This document shows positions 37,490-50,189 of a stretch of 64,000 nucleotides of DNA, piece by piece; within the stretch, counting starts at the first letter, position 1; every line of letters begins with the position of its first letter. A program made the position numbers and the translations under genes. The DNA lies in NCBI GenBank assembly GCA_013265495.1, contig MU057632.1, forward strand, positions 356,054 to 420,053. The letters are read 5' to 3'. The DNA is from Vicugna vicugna (taxonomy: Eukaryota). The notes beneath the pieces are model-generated. The model saw nothing but the letters and a program-made list of their open reading frames with translations, was not told where the DNA came from and did no database searches.

Positions 37490-37860
37490 TCTCCCTTACA
37501 GGTAAGGGTTACCTTGTAACTCAGTTCTGGCCAAAGGGATGGTGGGCAGAAATCCTGGAGGAGGATATTTTTCTCATGAAAAGGCAAAAATCTTGCTAGC
37601 AGCCCCTGAGCCCCTCTGCCACTTGACTGGAATGCAGTTGTGAGGTTGGAGGTGGAGCAGCCATTTTGTGACCATGAGAGGACCGACATGAGCATGACAA
37701 ACTGAGGAGGGTGGAGCAGAGCCCAGTCCTTAATGACATTGTGGAGGCCTGACTTCCTCCAGATTTCTTGTTGTATGAAAAAAGTAAATCCTTAACTTGA
37801 TAAGGCAGCGTTAATCCAATTTTCTATTACCTGAAGTGAATAGAATCTTAAGTAATAAAC
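37490..37860 (+). mobile_element. Old MaLR LTR relic (MLT1H/I-like)
   Basis: 'cagttctggccaa...gcagccattttgtgaccatgag...gatttcttgtt...aaatcctta'. Confidence 0.6.
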
Positions 37861-39936
37861 TGACAATTATTGATAGCAATATCATAATAAAAGCCTTTTC
37901 TTTTCCCTTCCTGGAAATCTCTCAATGACTGTGCCTCTCTGCCATCCAGCTGTCTCATTTTTCTGCTCTCTATACTTCAACTCCCCAAAACATTTTGCCT
38001 CGTCAGATTCAGAACTCAGGGAATGCTGCATAAAGGAGAAACACAGTGCCCTGAGTAGCAAAGGTGGCTTGGAACGGTGCTTAGTAACACAGGCAGCATC
38101 AATCCCCCGAACCCACTACTCCCCTAGACATCTCTCCTCAAGAAAAAAAAAATGTCCATCAGAACACTTTGCTGTACGTGTGTCCAGAGCCTTGGCCACA
38201 CAAGCCTGGGATTGGATGGAGGATGAAACCACCACCAGGATACAGAGGCAGGAAGGGTGGTGGTCCAGCTCCGTGCATTGATGTGTTCATCTTATTTCAC
38301 CATTTGGTGAGCCCTCAGGCACTACATATTTTTAAGTGTTTGTGGGCGACACAGACTTTTGTGTCCTGTGGGAAACCCACACGAGCCATCCCATCCCATT
38401 TACACCAGCAGGCTCTGGTTAGAAAAGCATTTCTCCCTACAGATAAGAAAAAGAAATCTCCAGTCCCAGAACAGCCAAGTCAACAAAGGAAAATTGAAAA
38501 GATGCCCAGACGACAGCACAGAGACGTACTAGCTCAGAAAAGGAAAATGCCTTTTTTAAGCCTGGAGCCATGGATTCAGAACTTTTGAGTGTAACTAGGT
38601 GACGCTGGGTACTGTTGACGAAGCTACAATGCTCCGTGTTTCTTTCAACACAGAGATACCCTCTGCTTTCTTTCCACGATTTCTTCATCTGGCAGCACAT
38701 ACCTAGGATGCTTTGGGTGAAATAAGCCTCTGTTGTTTCCTCTGTAAAGCCATGTGGGATCAGACGTAGAGGAAGCAGGCACGGGCATGTCCTGGAACCA
38801 GGTAACTTCACCCGAAGATTTGCCTGAATGTGTTTTGCATGTTTCAGCTTCGTTATTTTCTTTCAAAGTCCACATTGCTTTCTTTCCCCAGCACAGTATT
38901 TCACCGGAACCACTCCTGAATTACGATGCCATTTACACGTGGAGGGGATACATCAACGTGGGATTTCAAAATGCACATTTTTGTTACACGGCCCCTGGAA
39001 ATGGTACTTGGGAATCCGGCCACTTCTTTTTTGAGAGTCTGGTTTACCTGTCACATTTTAAGGGCCAGCTTTAGAAGGGGTCAGCCTCCGCACCCCCTTC
39101 CTCCCCACCTCCGGTCACACCTGCCCGAGGACAGAGCTGCAGGAACTGCCCTGCCGTCCCCGGCTCACGGCTGCTCTCTGCCCGCCCGCCCTCAGATGCA
39201 TCCCTCTCCATCTCTGCAGATCCTGAGGCCAACCCTTTCCCAACAGGACCCAAGATTTTGCTCAGGTGCCCACTGGAGACCCTGCTCTACTCCTCTGCTC
39301 AAGAACCTCTGTCTTCAATGACCCTTGACTTTCATCATGGTTTCTCTCTCTCCAACCTCGCGGCTATGGTTCCCAGGAGCTCTATCCTCCATGCATCCAT
39401 CATTCACTGAGCAACCACCTGATCACCGCCAGGCTCTGCAGGGGATGCCCTGAGTAAGGCAGGTGAGAGTCTGTATGTCCAGACAGACAGAAAACAGACC
39501 CATGAATAAATCAACAGACAAGAAAACGCAGGGAAGTGTTATGATAAAGTAAATGGAGCTCTCTGAGGAGGGGCAATTTCAGCTGACGTCTAAAGGTCAA
39601 AAAAGAACTCCCTCCCTCATCGCTGACCTCAGGGTCTGCAGCTCATCACCTGATATTATTAATTCATCAAAATGCCAACCACAGAACCCCTGTGGAATGG
39701 ATTCTAACAGGAGAGTGGTAATTGCTTTGTTACAACGTATTTGTATTTCCAGAGAACAGGGTAGTTATTTTCCACTTTAGGACACACAACTTGCCATCCA
39801 CTCACTCGAAAGCATGAAATGAACTGCACTGTCAGGGAGCAGGGGAGCAGGTGTGGAGAGGATGCTGAGCAGAACTGCTCACATCACCAAGTGTCTGTCT
39901 TCACCATCAGGCTGCACCCCCAGCTCTTGCGGGAGG

Positions 39937-40006
39937 GTGTGTGTGTGTGTGTGGTGTGTGTGTCTGTGTGTGTGGGTATGTGTGTATGTGGTGTGTGGGT
40001 GTGTGT
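39937..40006. repeat. Imperfect (TG)n microsatellite
   Basis: Read directly from the sequence. Confidence 0.9.
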
Positions 40007-40821
40007 CTGCTTAGCTGATGAGTCAGAGTAGGCAGCCCCAGAAAACCTCACGTACATTCGCGTCCAGCTTCTTCGCTGTGAAAAATCAACAGTGAACAGA
40101 ACCAATCCCAGAGCATTTGTGAACCAGGTAACAAACATCAGTGAGATGTCAACAAGCAAAGGTTTGCAGTGAAAAGGGTACACGATGTAGAGTTAAAGTT
40201 CAGTCACTGCCACTATACTGGTAGAGATGGAAATGACTGTATCTCCTCTCCTTATGTAAGAGTTCCATATCAGCCCTGCTTGGCTAGTTCTAAAAGTCTA
40301 CAGCTCTACGTTGTGGAAACTCCACCACCTTTCAAATAAGATGTGAAAAGACCCCCTGGTGTGTTTATTGCTCAAGCTGTTCATTTTGCTTTGCAAACAA
40401 CTCCCGATATTCCCAGTCTTGAATCAGAGCAGACTGTCAACTCCTGGGTCCGGGAAGAAGTCAAGCCTGCAACAGACCTGAGCACTTGTACACCCTTTTT
40501 CAAGTATAAGAGTTGGTGTTTTAGTTACAAAGTAAGTCCTAACTTCATGTTATTGCCAGGCTAGAGTAAAAAAAGAATTCTGTTTTTGAAGCCTCCGATA
40601 CTTAAAAGTGTGGTAACAAGATGAAAGCAATATTCACCCTAGGGAATCCAAATGAGGTTTGTTTAGGGGACAAATGCAATAAAGATGGTGGGGCAATCAT
40701 CAGTCATGAAGGATTCTTCTCTCAAAAACTGTGCACTATCCACATTTGCTTGAGATTTTTTTATGGACATAACTGTTTTAGTGGATTTCAAGGCTATGCA
40801 AAGTATCATATTGATTATTTA

Positions 40822-40868
40822 AAATTTTTTTATTGGAGTGTAACTGATTTTCAATGTTAGTTTCAGGT
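40822..40868 (-). mobile_element. Extremely short LINE-1 3' tail (~50 nt)
   Basis: 'tttttttattggagtgtaactgattttcaatgttagtttcagg', flanked by imperfect tcatatYRat repeats. Confidence 0.7.
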
Positions 40869-40904
40869 TCATATCAATCCTTAAAGCTCTGACTCCTTGG
40901 GAGG

Positions 40905-41085
40905 AAACAGAGCATCCTGGTTAACGACGTATGGTTTGGAGTTGGACAGACCTGTGTGCTGCTTTCTTCCTGGCTGTGCAACCTTGGAGAAGGTTCTTAA
41001 CTTATAAACTGGATAGTAACTATCTCCACTTACTGGGATTTAGGTAATGTTTGCAATGCATAGTGCCAAGAATGCATTAAAGGGC
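40905..41085 (+). mobile_element. MIR relic
   Basis: 'tttggagttggacagacctg...ggctgtgcaaccttggagaaggttcttaac'. Confidence 0.65.
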
Positions 41086-41289
41086 TACTTAATGGATGCC
41101 TTTTGGAAAATTCGGTTACCCCAGCACAAACTGAAGAAAATCATACGAGCTTGCAGACTGTTGCGATCAAACCATGAGTCTCCCACTCTTCACAGCCCCC
41201 GTTTAACCTGTTATTTTTATCCTCAGTGATTCCCTTGCCTGCTCTTAGTCTTCCTCCAAACCCTCACTGCTCTCCTAGGACTCGACTTA

Positions 41290-42260
41290 GCATTTTCATT
41301 CCCAACAGATGACTTTGTCTCCTACTCGAAAAATAGGAATAAATAAGTAAATAAGAGTCAAGGTCCCCAATACAGTCTTCAGCTCCCTACTGCCCCACTA
41401 CCCCTTCTGGGACACACACACACACACGTCTATATATTCATCCTTTCTTCTTTCCTTCCCTCCCTCCCTCCCTCCCTTCCTTTCAATTGTTGTTGGAAGA
41501 TGGCCCTTCCCTTTGTGGGTCCTTTAGCCCCCATCTCTTCTGCCTCCTCCAGGACTCTGTCTTATGACACCCTCTCTCCCCAGCACCTTCCTTTCTACTG
41601 GGCATCCTTCTGTGTAGCCTACAAATAAACTAAACATCTCCCCCCAAATAAAACAGACACCAGCAAAAGTTTTCCATGGCTCTGCCTCTAGAGGTTTTCT
41701 TGCCTTTCTCCTTTCACTCTCACCCAGACCTTCATAGAAAAGCCTAGAAAATCAGTCCTCATGCCTTTATCACCCCCATACTCATCAACCCACCTCACTG
41801 CAGTGAAGGGCAGCCTCTCTGAAATCACGCTCACTAAAGTCACCTATGTCCTCTGCATTGCCAGATTTAATGCCTGTGTTTTAATGCACTGTTACTGTTT
41901 TTAGTGGCTTTTTCTAAATTCAACACCACTGATCACTGGCTCCTGAAAACTATCAAACATCTATGCTCTGGGATACAATGCTCTCCTGGTTTTCCTAGTA
42001 GATTTTTTTTTTTTTTTACTATTTCCTTGATCCTTTATGGAAGAATTTCCTTCTCTTCCAAATGCTGGTGACCTTAAGACGGGCACCCTTGACCTGCTGT
42101 TCTTCCCAGTCTTCTCACCCTTGAGACGTGGCATCTACTTGTCTGATGTTTTTCTTACTGTAACTTACGATTTTCATGTCGGTATGTCTTCCCTGGATTT
42201 CAGAGTTGATTATCCTACTGCCTTTCAAGAATTTCTCTCTCTGAATACCCTAAGCCATTT
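41290..42260 (+). mobile_element. L2 relic
   Basis: 'gctcactaaagtcacc...cattgcca...caacaccactgatcac...atgctctcctggttttcc'. Confidence 0.55.
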
Positions 42261-42269
42261 TATGTATTT

Positions 42270-42615
42270 ACTTTGTTTATATCAATTTAGGGAGATTTAA
42301 CATCTTTACTAGGTTGAGTCTTCTGAGCCATGAATGCAATATATCTCTCCATTTGTTTAGATACTCTTTGATTTCTTTCATTGACATTGTGGCATTTCAG
42401 CAAAAAATGGCCCGTATACTTAGTCATATTTACACCTAAAAATTTCATTTTTGAGCAATTGAAAAATGGTACTGTACTTTTAATTCCAGTGTCTGTGTAT
42501 TCATTGCTAGTATATAGAAACATAATTGATTTTTTATGTTGACCTTCTGTCTTGCAACCTTGCTGAGCTGATGTATAAGTTCTAGAATTTTTGTAGAATC
42601 TTTGAAATTTCTTTT
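42270..42615 (-). mobile_element. Old LINE-1 ORF2 fragment
   Basis: 'catctttactaggttgagtcttc...ctctccatttgtttag...cattgctagtatatagaaac'; degenerate L1-like ORF 42287-42523. Confidence 0.8.
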
Positions 42616-42644
42616 TCTCTCATTAACTTTGCTTAATACACACC

Positions 42645-42912
42645 CTTTTTTAATTGAAATATAGTCAGTTTACAATGTTATGTTAATTTCTGGTGTACAG
42701 CATAGTGATTCAGTCATACATATACATACCACCTATTTTCCTTTTCATACTCTTTTTCATTATAGGTTATTACATGATTTTGAATATAGTTCCCTGTGCT
42801 ATGCAGTAGGACCTTGTTGTTTATCTATTTTATATGTAGTAGTGTGTATCTATACATTCCAAACTCCCAGTTTACCCCCCACCCCCCTTCCTCCTCAGTA
42901 ATCGTAAGTTTA
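42645..42912 (-). mobile_element. Young LINE-1 3' end
   Basis: 'ttaattgaaatatagtcagtttacaatg...gaatatagttccctgtgctatgcagtaggaccttgttg'. Confidence 0.9.
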
Positions 42913-43399
42913 AATTTAGCTTGTCTTCCCATATTCTCACTCTTTATAGGCAGCTCAATTATCCAGTCACCAAAGCCAAACATAGGATGCAACAGGGCAG
43001 AGATTCAAAGCAGTGCCCCTTTTCAGGAACACTTAAGACTCAGGGTGGGTTTTCTGTAGCCTGGAGAGAAGATAAAAGCCTTGGAAGCCAATACCCTTGG
43101 CTCTGCAAAGAATCACCTCGATGATTTCCCTTGATTATGTGAATATAGGGCAAGAAGGTCCCTTTTGTCCTAGGATGAGTTTTATTGCTGATGTTTGATT
43201 CCTTTTGAATGTTTATCAAACTGCTTCACTTGCTGGTATTCAGAGCTGTGTCCTGGGTGGAGGTGGAAGCCCTACGTGGGTAAGTGGAGCCCTGCAGTTA
43301 CCTGTGTTCCTTGACACATAACGTTCTGGAGACCTGCACCAGGTATGAGCAGGGTTGGCCAACACCTTCATCCACCCACCCCACTCACCTCACCCACCC

Positions 43400-44068
43400 A
43401 GTTCATTATCAATCTTTTCTAGCCAACTTTTCCTGCTTGCACTTCATCCCTCCACACCTCACCTTCCTAAACCAGCTCTTTGCCATCTGCCTCTTGAGTC
43501 CTGCAGTCTCCTCTCTGACAGAGCTCCCAGTGATCAGTCTTGTCCTCAGATCTGTTCCCCACAAAGCCACCCGAGTGATCCCAAATTAAAAATCTTTCAA
43601 TAACTTTCCATCTCTTACAGGATAAAGACTCAGCTCATTAAATGTCACAAAACCCTCTCCCTGTCCAGCATTCTAAGTTTACCCCCTGTATCTTGCTTGC
43701 ACTGCTCTTTAGGAACAGCAGAAAGCATAGTTTCCTATACAGCACATCACCTCTTCCATGATTGGCTTGGGTAATCAGCTTTGCTGGGAATGTCTGCTCC
43801 TGGTCTCCTGACCTGAACGAATCCTGCCCGCCTTCCAAAGGCTCAGAGATGCCCAACTGTGTCAGGGGATCTGTTCCTGAATTTGCACGGCCCCCTGTTC
43901 TCCTGGCTACCAGCTCAAGGCCCCACTGTAGCGCATTCATCCCCCAAACCCTGACTCGTGCTCCTCAAGGACACAGTCTTACACATTTTTATATCTCCAA
44001 CACCTATATCACAGTGCTTGGAACATAACAAATACTCAGTAAATACTTGTTCAACTGAATAAGTAAAT
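43400..44068 (+). mobile_element. L2 3' relic
   Basis: Ends 'cacagtgcttggaacataacaaatactcagtaaatacttgttcaactgaat'. Confidence 0.65.
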
Positions 44069-44069
44069 T

Positions 44070-44195
44070 CCAGCTCCCTGCCAACTTACCATGACCCTGG
44101 GCAAGTCTGAACTCTCTGGAACTCAGTTGTTTCATGTAAAGTTAAGAAGCTGAACTAATCTCTTAAATGTCCCTTTCAGTTCCAACATTCTCTGA
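44070..44195 (+). mobile_element. MIR relic
   Basis: 'tgaccctgggcaagtc...ctcagtt...gtccctttcagttccaacattct'. Confidence 0.6.
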
Positions 44196-44599
44196 TGCTT
44201 CTATTATATTTGTTGAAAGAGTGTAATTGAGTGAGAATTAATTTTTAATACTCTGTAATTATTCACAAAAAATTCCCAATTTCATCACTCGGTTCTGCAT
44301 GATGTTTAATATATAAAGAGCTTAACTTAAAATATTTCTGAGTAAGTTATAGCTCAGAAAGCTCACACCTTGATGTGCTGAAGTAAACAAAGGTAATTCG
44401 CATTCATAAAGTTAAATCATTAGAAGTGTGTCCTAACTTGAAGAGGAGGCAGAGAATAATGACCGTATTACAACTCAATATTGGTTGTGAAACGAACAAT
44501 TGTTTCTTACTTTCGTATTTTCATGTCAATAACTTGATTCCGCAGGTCATGTTTCCTAGTTTAAGTACCGATGCTGGTTATATGAGTTATTTTTCTTTT

Positions 44600-45345
44600 A
44601 AGTAAACTTTTTACTTTGGAATGATTTTCGATTTATGGGGAAGTTGCAAAGACAGTACGTAAAGTTCTAGCACACCCTGCACCGTTTCGCCTATTTTTCA
44701 TATCTTATGATAGATAAGTAGAGTCTGTTTGTCATAATTAATGAACCAATATTGACAAACTATTGCTAATGCAAGTCCGCACTTTATTCGGATTTCTCTA
44801 GTTTTTACCTAATGTCCTACTTCTCTTCCAGGGCACCCCATCCGGGACTCCACTTCACACTGAGCTGTCTCGTCTCCCTAGTCTCCTCTTGGCTCTCACA
44901 GTGTCTCAGTCTTTCCTGGTTCCTGATGACCTTGATAGTTTTGAGGAAGGCTGGTCAGCTATTTTGTGGACTGTCCCTCCATTTGGGCTTGTCTGGTGTT
45001 TTTGTTTTTTTTTTCATGATTACAGCAGGGTAACAGGTTTTTGTGAGGAAGACTACAGATGTGAAGTATCATTTTTACTCCATTATATGAAGGGTACACA
45101 CAATCAGTATGACTTACCCGTGGTGATGCTGACCACACGCACCTGGCTAAGGTGGTATGCGTCAGGTTGTACACTGGAAGGTACCCTTTTCCTTCCTTTC
45201 CACACTGTATTCTCTGGAAGGAAGCTACTGTGATCAACCTCCCCTAGGGGTCGGGGGCATCTACATAATCACTTGAGTTCTTCCACGGGGGGAATCTGTC
45301 TCCTCTCCTATTGATTAATTTAGTCCTCTATTCTTATCAGTGTGA
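44600..45345 (-). mobile_element. Old LINE-1 3' end (L1MC-like)
   Basis: 'tttggaatgattttcgatttatggggaagttgcaaagacagtac...gaaccaatattgaca...gaccttgatagttttgagg'. Confidence 0.75.
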
Positions 45346-47326
45346 ACTTACAGATTGTGAATTATTTTTGGAACATTGAATTCACATTAATTAGAAGAAA
45401 AAGGAGAACAAGATAAACATGAAACAGGAAAGGGGACAGGAAGCCAACAGATCTTATTAGGAAAAAGAAACCCTTTCCCCACTTACCACTGAATTATCTT
45501 TGTCATAAATCAGGGGACCTGTATGTGTGGGTCTGTTTCTGCATTCTGTTCCATTGATTGATTGCTGTCCGCCCTTGCACTGATACTGCTCTATCTTAAA
45601 TGCTGTGGGTTTGTAATAGGTCTAATATTTTTTAACACAAATCAATCAGAGGATCTTGGCTATTCTTGGTCCTTTGCTTTTGCAGATGCATTTTGGAAGT
45701 TTTGATACTGATTTCTGCCAGATATTTTAATTGCTGGGGAAGCAAAAAAAAAATGATTTTCCTCTTAAAAATAGTTTTCAGATATGAAAAGGAAGCTTTA
45801 AATAGTTGTGAATTTGAAATTTAAAAATATTGAGACATTATTAATTGCCTATGTTATGACTGTTGTTTATTGATATTTTCAATATGGTATGTTTTATAAA
45901 ATGCAACATTGATAAGCTAAAATCTAGATTATCTGTGACATTGAAATGAAAGATATCCTTAGCAATTTAGTTCGATTTCAAAATGTCCCATTTGAGGTCC
46001 ATAAAGTAACCATTACAATTCATGTGTGGTGGGTGTGCAGACATCATATTTTCAATAAAGACAACTTTCTGGGGTAGCTTCAGCGTTCTTAGGAAACAGC
46101 TCTACCTGAACATTTTTTAGTGACTTTTTTTTTTTTTTTTGCGGGGGAGAGTGCTTCATTGTTATTTTTCTGAATGCTGCAGTTTGATGAGATCTGTTTT
46201 AAAAGTAATATGGTCTTCTTACCAAACAAGCAACAATTACTATGTTAAGGACTTTCACTTCTATGAAGCCCATTTATTTTACTAGAATAAAAAAGGAGTT
46301 TCAGAGGATACACTATCAATATAAATAATTCACTATTTTAGGGCCAAATTTCATACAGCAATATTTTTCACAAACTCAGACTAAGGGTATGCATTTAATG
46401 AAAAGTCTGTATCATATAGGTATGTAAATTAAAATCATGTTTTAAGGCAAAAGATCTTGGCTGTTTTGGAGCTATGGATCATTTTTGTTGAAAACTACAC
46501 ACCTCCTCCCCAGAAAAATACACACACACACACACAATTTTTTGCATACAGTAGTTCAGGGACTCTCAAAGTCATTGTTTCTGACCCATAAATTCAGTCA
46601 GTAGATCCCACCTTTTACTCCCTTGTACTTGCCTCCCGAGTTTCTCAGACCACAGAACAGTTAAATAAATGTGTTATCAAAATCACAGAAGTCTCTTTTA
46701 ATGAGGTCTGAAAAAGAAGTTCCTAATTATAAATCGCATTACCATCAGCAGCTATTTATAAATTACTGTAAATTACTCTGGTTTCCTAATGGGTTAAAGA
46801 TTCCATTCTTTAAGCCTTTTACTCCAAAAAGTAAGTTTACTTTAAGGGAAAGTATATTAATCATAATTTTCTTGAGTTAGAGAAAGTGAACACATGCACA
46901 TCCGGTCTGAGCCTTGAACCTGCTCGCCTTTTGAGATCTGCTGTCGTCAGTGTCTGTCCAATGACATTCCCCACCCCCGCTTCCTGGCCAAGCACCTGCC
47001 TGCATCCAGGCACAGCCTCTTCTCTCTTCATACTCCACACACCTTTACAGGAAGGTTGCCCACTCCTCTATCTGCTCCTTTTCTCCATGTGCAAGAACTT
47101 ATTCTGTGCCTCTCATTTCTTGCCTTTCTTTGATAAAATCTCCCTCCCATCTTCCACTTCTAGGCCAAGGGTCTCTTGAAGGCTGAGAAGATTTCACACT
47201 TATTTCTTTGCCTCTGAATGCCTGATATAGTGTTCGGTGCATTAGTAAACAATAAATGTTTGTGGATGAATAAATGAATGGAAGGAATATTTTCTGTGCT
47301 TGTACATTTATTTAAAAATATTTTAG

Positions 47327-47480
47327 GAGGGGTGGGTATAACTCACTGCTAGAGAATGTGCTTAACATGCAGAAGGTCCAGGGTTCAATCCCCAGTACCT
47401 TAATTAAACAAACAAAATTAATTACCCCCCACCAAAAGCTTAAAAATAAATTAAGAAATTTTTTAAAAATTAAAAAAAAA
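47327..47480 (+). mobile_element. tRNA-Ala-derived SINE (Vic-1-like, long form, diverged)
   Basis: 'gggtataactcactgctagagaatgtgcttaacatgcagaaggtccagggttcaatccccagtacct', 'taattacccccc' module. Confidence 0.88.
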
Positions 47481-48365
47481 TTTTTTTAGTGTGGTAAGAG
47501 CACTTAATATGAGATCTACTCTCTACATCACAATATAGTATTGTTCACCATAGGCACAGGCTTGTTAGGAGTTAATGTTACTAGTTTACGATGGCATGCA
47601 CAGAGGAGTCCCAAAGTACCTATTTTCAGTTTTTCAGTTTATGATATTCACATGGAAGTACTGAATGAATCTCAGTAACAGCCAAGGAACTGTAACATCC
47701 AAGTCCACTTGCAGTAGAGCACCTTAAAAGATGAAAAATGAAATCGGCCCACGTTATATGAATAATGGTGCTTTTCCACTTGGAACAATGATTGATTTCA
47801 TGCTGAATGTTCCTGGTTTAAAAATAATTCAGGTCATTTTACGGTTTTTAAAAACAAAACTATGTTTTCTGCAGATTATAATTAGTGTCACTGTATTTTA
47901 CTCCTTTCAAAAATTGTAACATTTAGTTTCATTATATTTCATTCCTTTCAAACTCCTGAAGTGAATCTACTTGTCATTCGTCTTCCTTAGACATCAAGTC
48001 ATCACAGAAACTTCTTGCAAACACCTGCTGCTGCTTTAACGTCTTTAGCACAAAAGCAGAAGAGAACCCACATCGCCTGCGGTAATACCTGCCAGTCATC
48101 AAGGGAACTGGACCCACCATCCTGACTCTTCCCTCTCTTTCCACTGCTTCTATTTTTGGGCTGTTAACAACAGAATGATTTCACCTGATACAACTAGCAA
48201 CATTTTTTAGAATTTGTTTCTTTAGAAAACAATCTTCAAGCAAATCAGCCATTAAAATCTATTTTTAAACCATATCCTCCTTTTAAACCTTCCGCAACCT
48301 GTTGCTGGAGATGATATTCAGAAGGCTTCCCAAGCTGTTGGCTCCGTTTACAGGTTTGTAGGATT

Positions 48366-48523
48366 TTTTAATTTTATTGAAGTTTACAACGTTGTGTCAA
48401 TTTCTGGTGTACAGCATCATGTTTCAGCCACACATGTACATACATGTATTCCTTTTCATACTGTTTTTCATTGTAGGTTACTACAAGATATTGAATAGAG
48501 TTCCCTGTGCTCTATAGCAGAAA
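48366..48523 (-). mobile_element. Short LINE-1 3' tail
   Basis: 'ttgtgtcaatttctggtgtacagc...gttccctgtgctc'; exact 10-bp TSD ttgtaggatt at 48356 and 48524. Confidence 0.9.
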
Positions 48524-48914
48524 TTGTAGGATTCCGTTCCTTATATTGAACATTGGTTTAAAACTTGTGTCTGCAGGAGGCAAGCTCCCTCCAGCAGGGT
48601 GTGAGAGAAGGTATCACCTGTCAGCCCAGCGCCTAAAAATAGTTCTGAAGTAGCCAAGCGGACTTCCCACTTCAATCGAATAAGCAGCTGCTGTGTCTTT
48701 TGCATTTCTTAAGTCTGTGGAACTTTTTATTCTGTTTCCCCTCCTTGCAACAAACCAAGAGGAAAACTCATCATTTAGCTTCTTGTCCTTCATAAAACTG
48801 TTTTCGGATGAAGTAAGACGTTTCTGAAGGTGCGGAGCTGCAGCTTAGTGGGTTTTTTCCTTCCATTCGTCATAGCAGGCTGTTGGCTCTACAAGACATT
48901 CTTAATGGTCCGCA

Positions 48915-49207
48915 CACTGGTTCTCACCTCTCTTCACATTCAGAATCATAGGGGGAGGGTATAGCTCATGCTTAGCATGCATGAGGTCCTGGGTTCAATC
49001 TCCAGTACCTCTTCTTAAAAAAAAAAAAACCTAATTACCCTTCTCCCCCACTACCCAAAAATAAACCCATGGAATCACCTAGAGAGCTTTTAGAAAATTG
49101 GTGCTTAGGGCTCCCTCCAGGGATTCCAATTTAATGGATCTGTGGTGAAGCTTGCACACTGGTATTTTCTTTAAAAATCTCCCCAGATGATTCTAAGGGT
49201 TGAAAAA
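48915..49207. mobile_element. MER5-like hAT element split by a SINE
   Basis: 'ctggttctca...cattcagaatca' then, after the SINE, 'gaatcacctagagagctttt...ctccccagatgattctaa...gttgaaaa'. Confidence 0.7.
48951..49068 (+). mobile_element. tRNA-Ala-derived SINE (Vic-1-like, long form) with A-box deletion
   Basis: 'ggggagggtatagctca|tgcttagcatgc' lacks gtggtagagtgtg; B box and 'cctaattaccc' are present; flanked by gaatca. Confidence 0.9.
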
Positions 49208-49529
49208 TACAGATAGTTTCTTATATTTTGCAGTGTCTATGAATTTGCATTCAGTCACGCTTAGATTCATCTTGCTACTTTATAATTCTATCAAACAACC
49301 CCGAGCACAACTCTTACCTTAGAGACAATTTTTATTATGTATGTAGCATTGAACAGTCTATCATTGATTTTACTCCCATCTTACTTTTAAGAATCCCAAA
49401 TTACTTTAGAAAAGATGAAAAAAATAGAGAATACATGTTTTTGTGCTTTCTCCATGTGTAGGTATGCCACAATGTTCCTGTTTTAGCTTAAAATTATTTT
49501 ATTCTCTTCTACTAGTGGTTCATCCTTTT

Positions 49530-49662
49530 TTAAAAATTAAAAAAAATTTATTCTGGGGTTTTTTTGGGGGGGTAATTAGGTTTATTTAATATATGGAGGC
49601 ACTGGGGATTGAAACTTGTGCATACTAAACATGCCCTCTGTCACTGAGCTATACCTTCCCCC
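49530..49662 (-). mobile_element. tRNA-Ala-derived SINE (Vic-1-like, long form)
   Basis: 'gggggtaattagg...ggaggcactggggattgaa...cactgagctataccttcccc'; TSD gttcatcctttt at 49518 and 49684. Confidence 0.88.
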
Positions 49663-50001
49663 TTCTTTTTTATTTTTTTTTCAGTTCATCCTTTTCTGAT
49701 CATTGCAGGAAGGAATGGAAATAGGAAAAGTAAAAGGATTTGGGGAAAAAGGAATATTCGGGGATTTCCTGGCTAGGGCCAAGGGCAGGGAGAATGACTA
49801 TTTGGGTAGTGATTCTTTTCCACATAGTGAAATGCTTTCCTGTCTTCCTCCACTGCAGGAATTGTTGGCTGAAGCCCAATACATAGCTCCAGCAGTGAAG
49901 CGGATGGTGAAATATTTATAAACCTAAACCATGTAGGATCGCCCCAGATTGGGACATTATGAAAGAGAACCCAAAACTGGGTTTTACAACTGGAAGAAAT
50001 T

Positions 50002-50042
50002 ACACACACACACACACACACACACTCACACACACACACACA
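50002..50042. repeat. (CA)n microsatellite
   Basis: About 20 units with one interruption. Confidence 0.95.
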
Positions 50043-50189
50043 ATGCTTCTAAATGCAAAGCAGCTACACAGAAGCCCACAAGCCTCATGAACTAGATTGC
50101 GATATGGTAACTGAGGCCACTCATTTGTACCCATTCTATCTGCCTTCCTTCCAATTATGTTGGATGAAGGGTTCTAGCTCTTATCCAAA

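Noticed and set aside
38892..39003. Plus-strand exon candidate after a strong acceptor (ttctttccccag)
   Set aside because: The donor (ATG|gtactt) is weak and none of the open frames resembles a protein I know.
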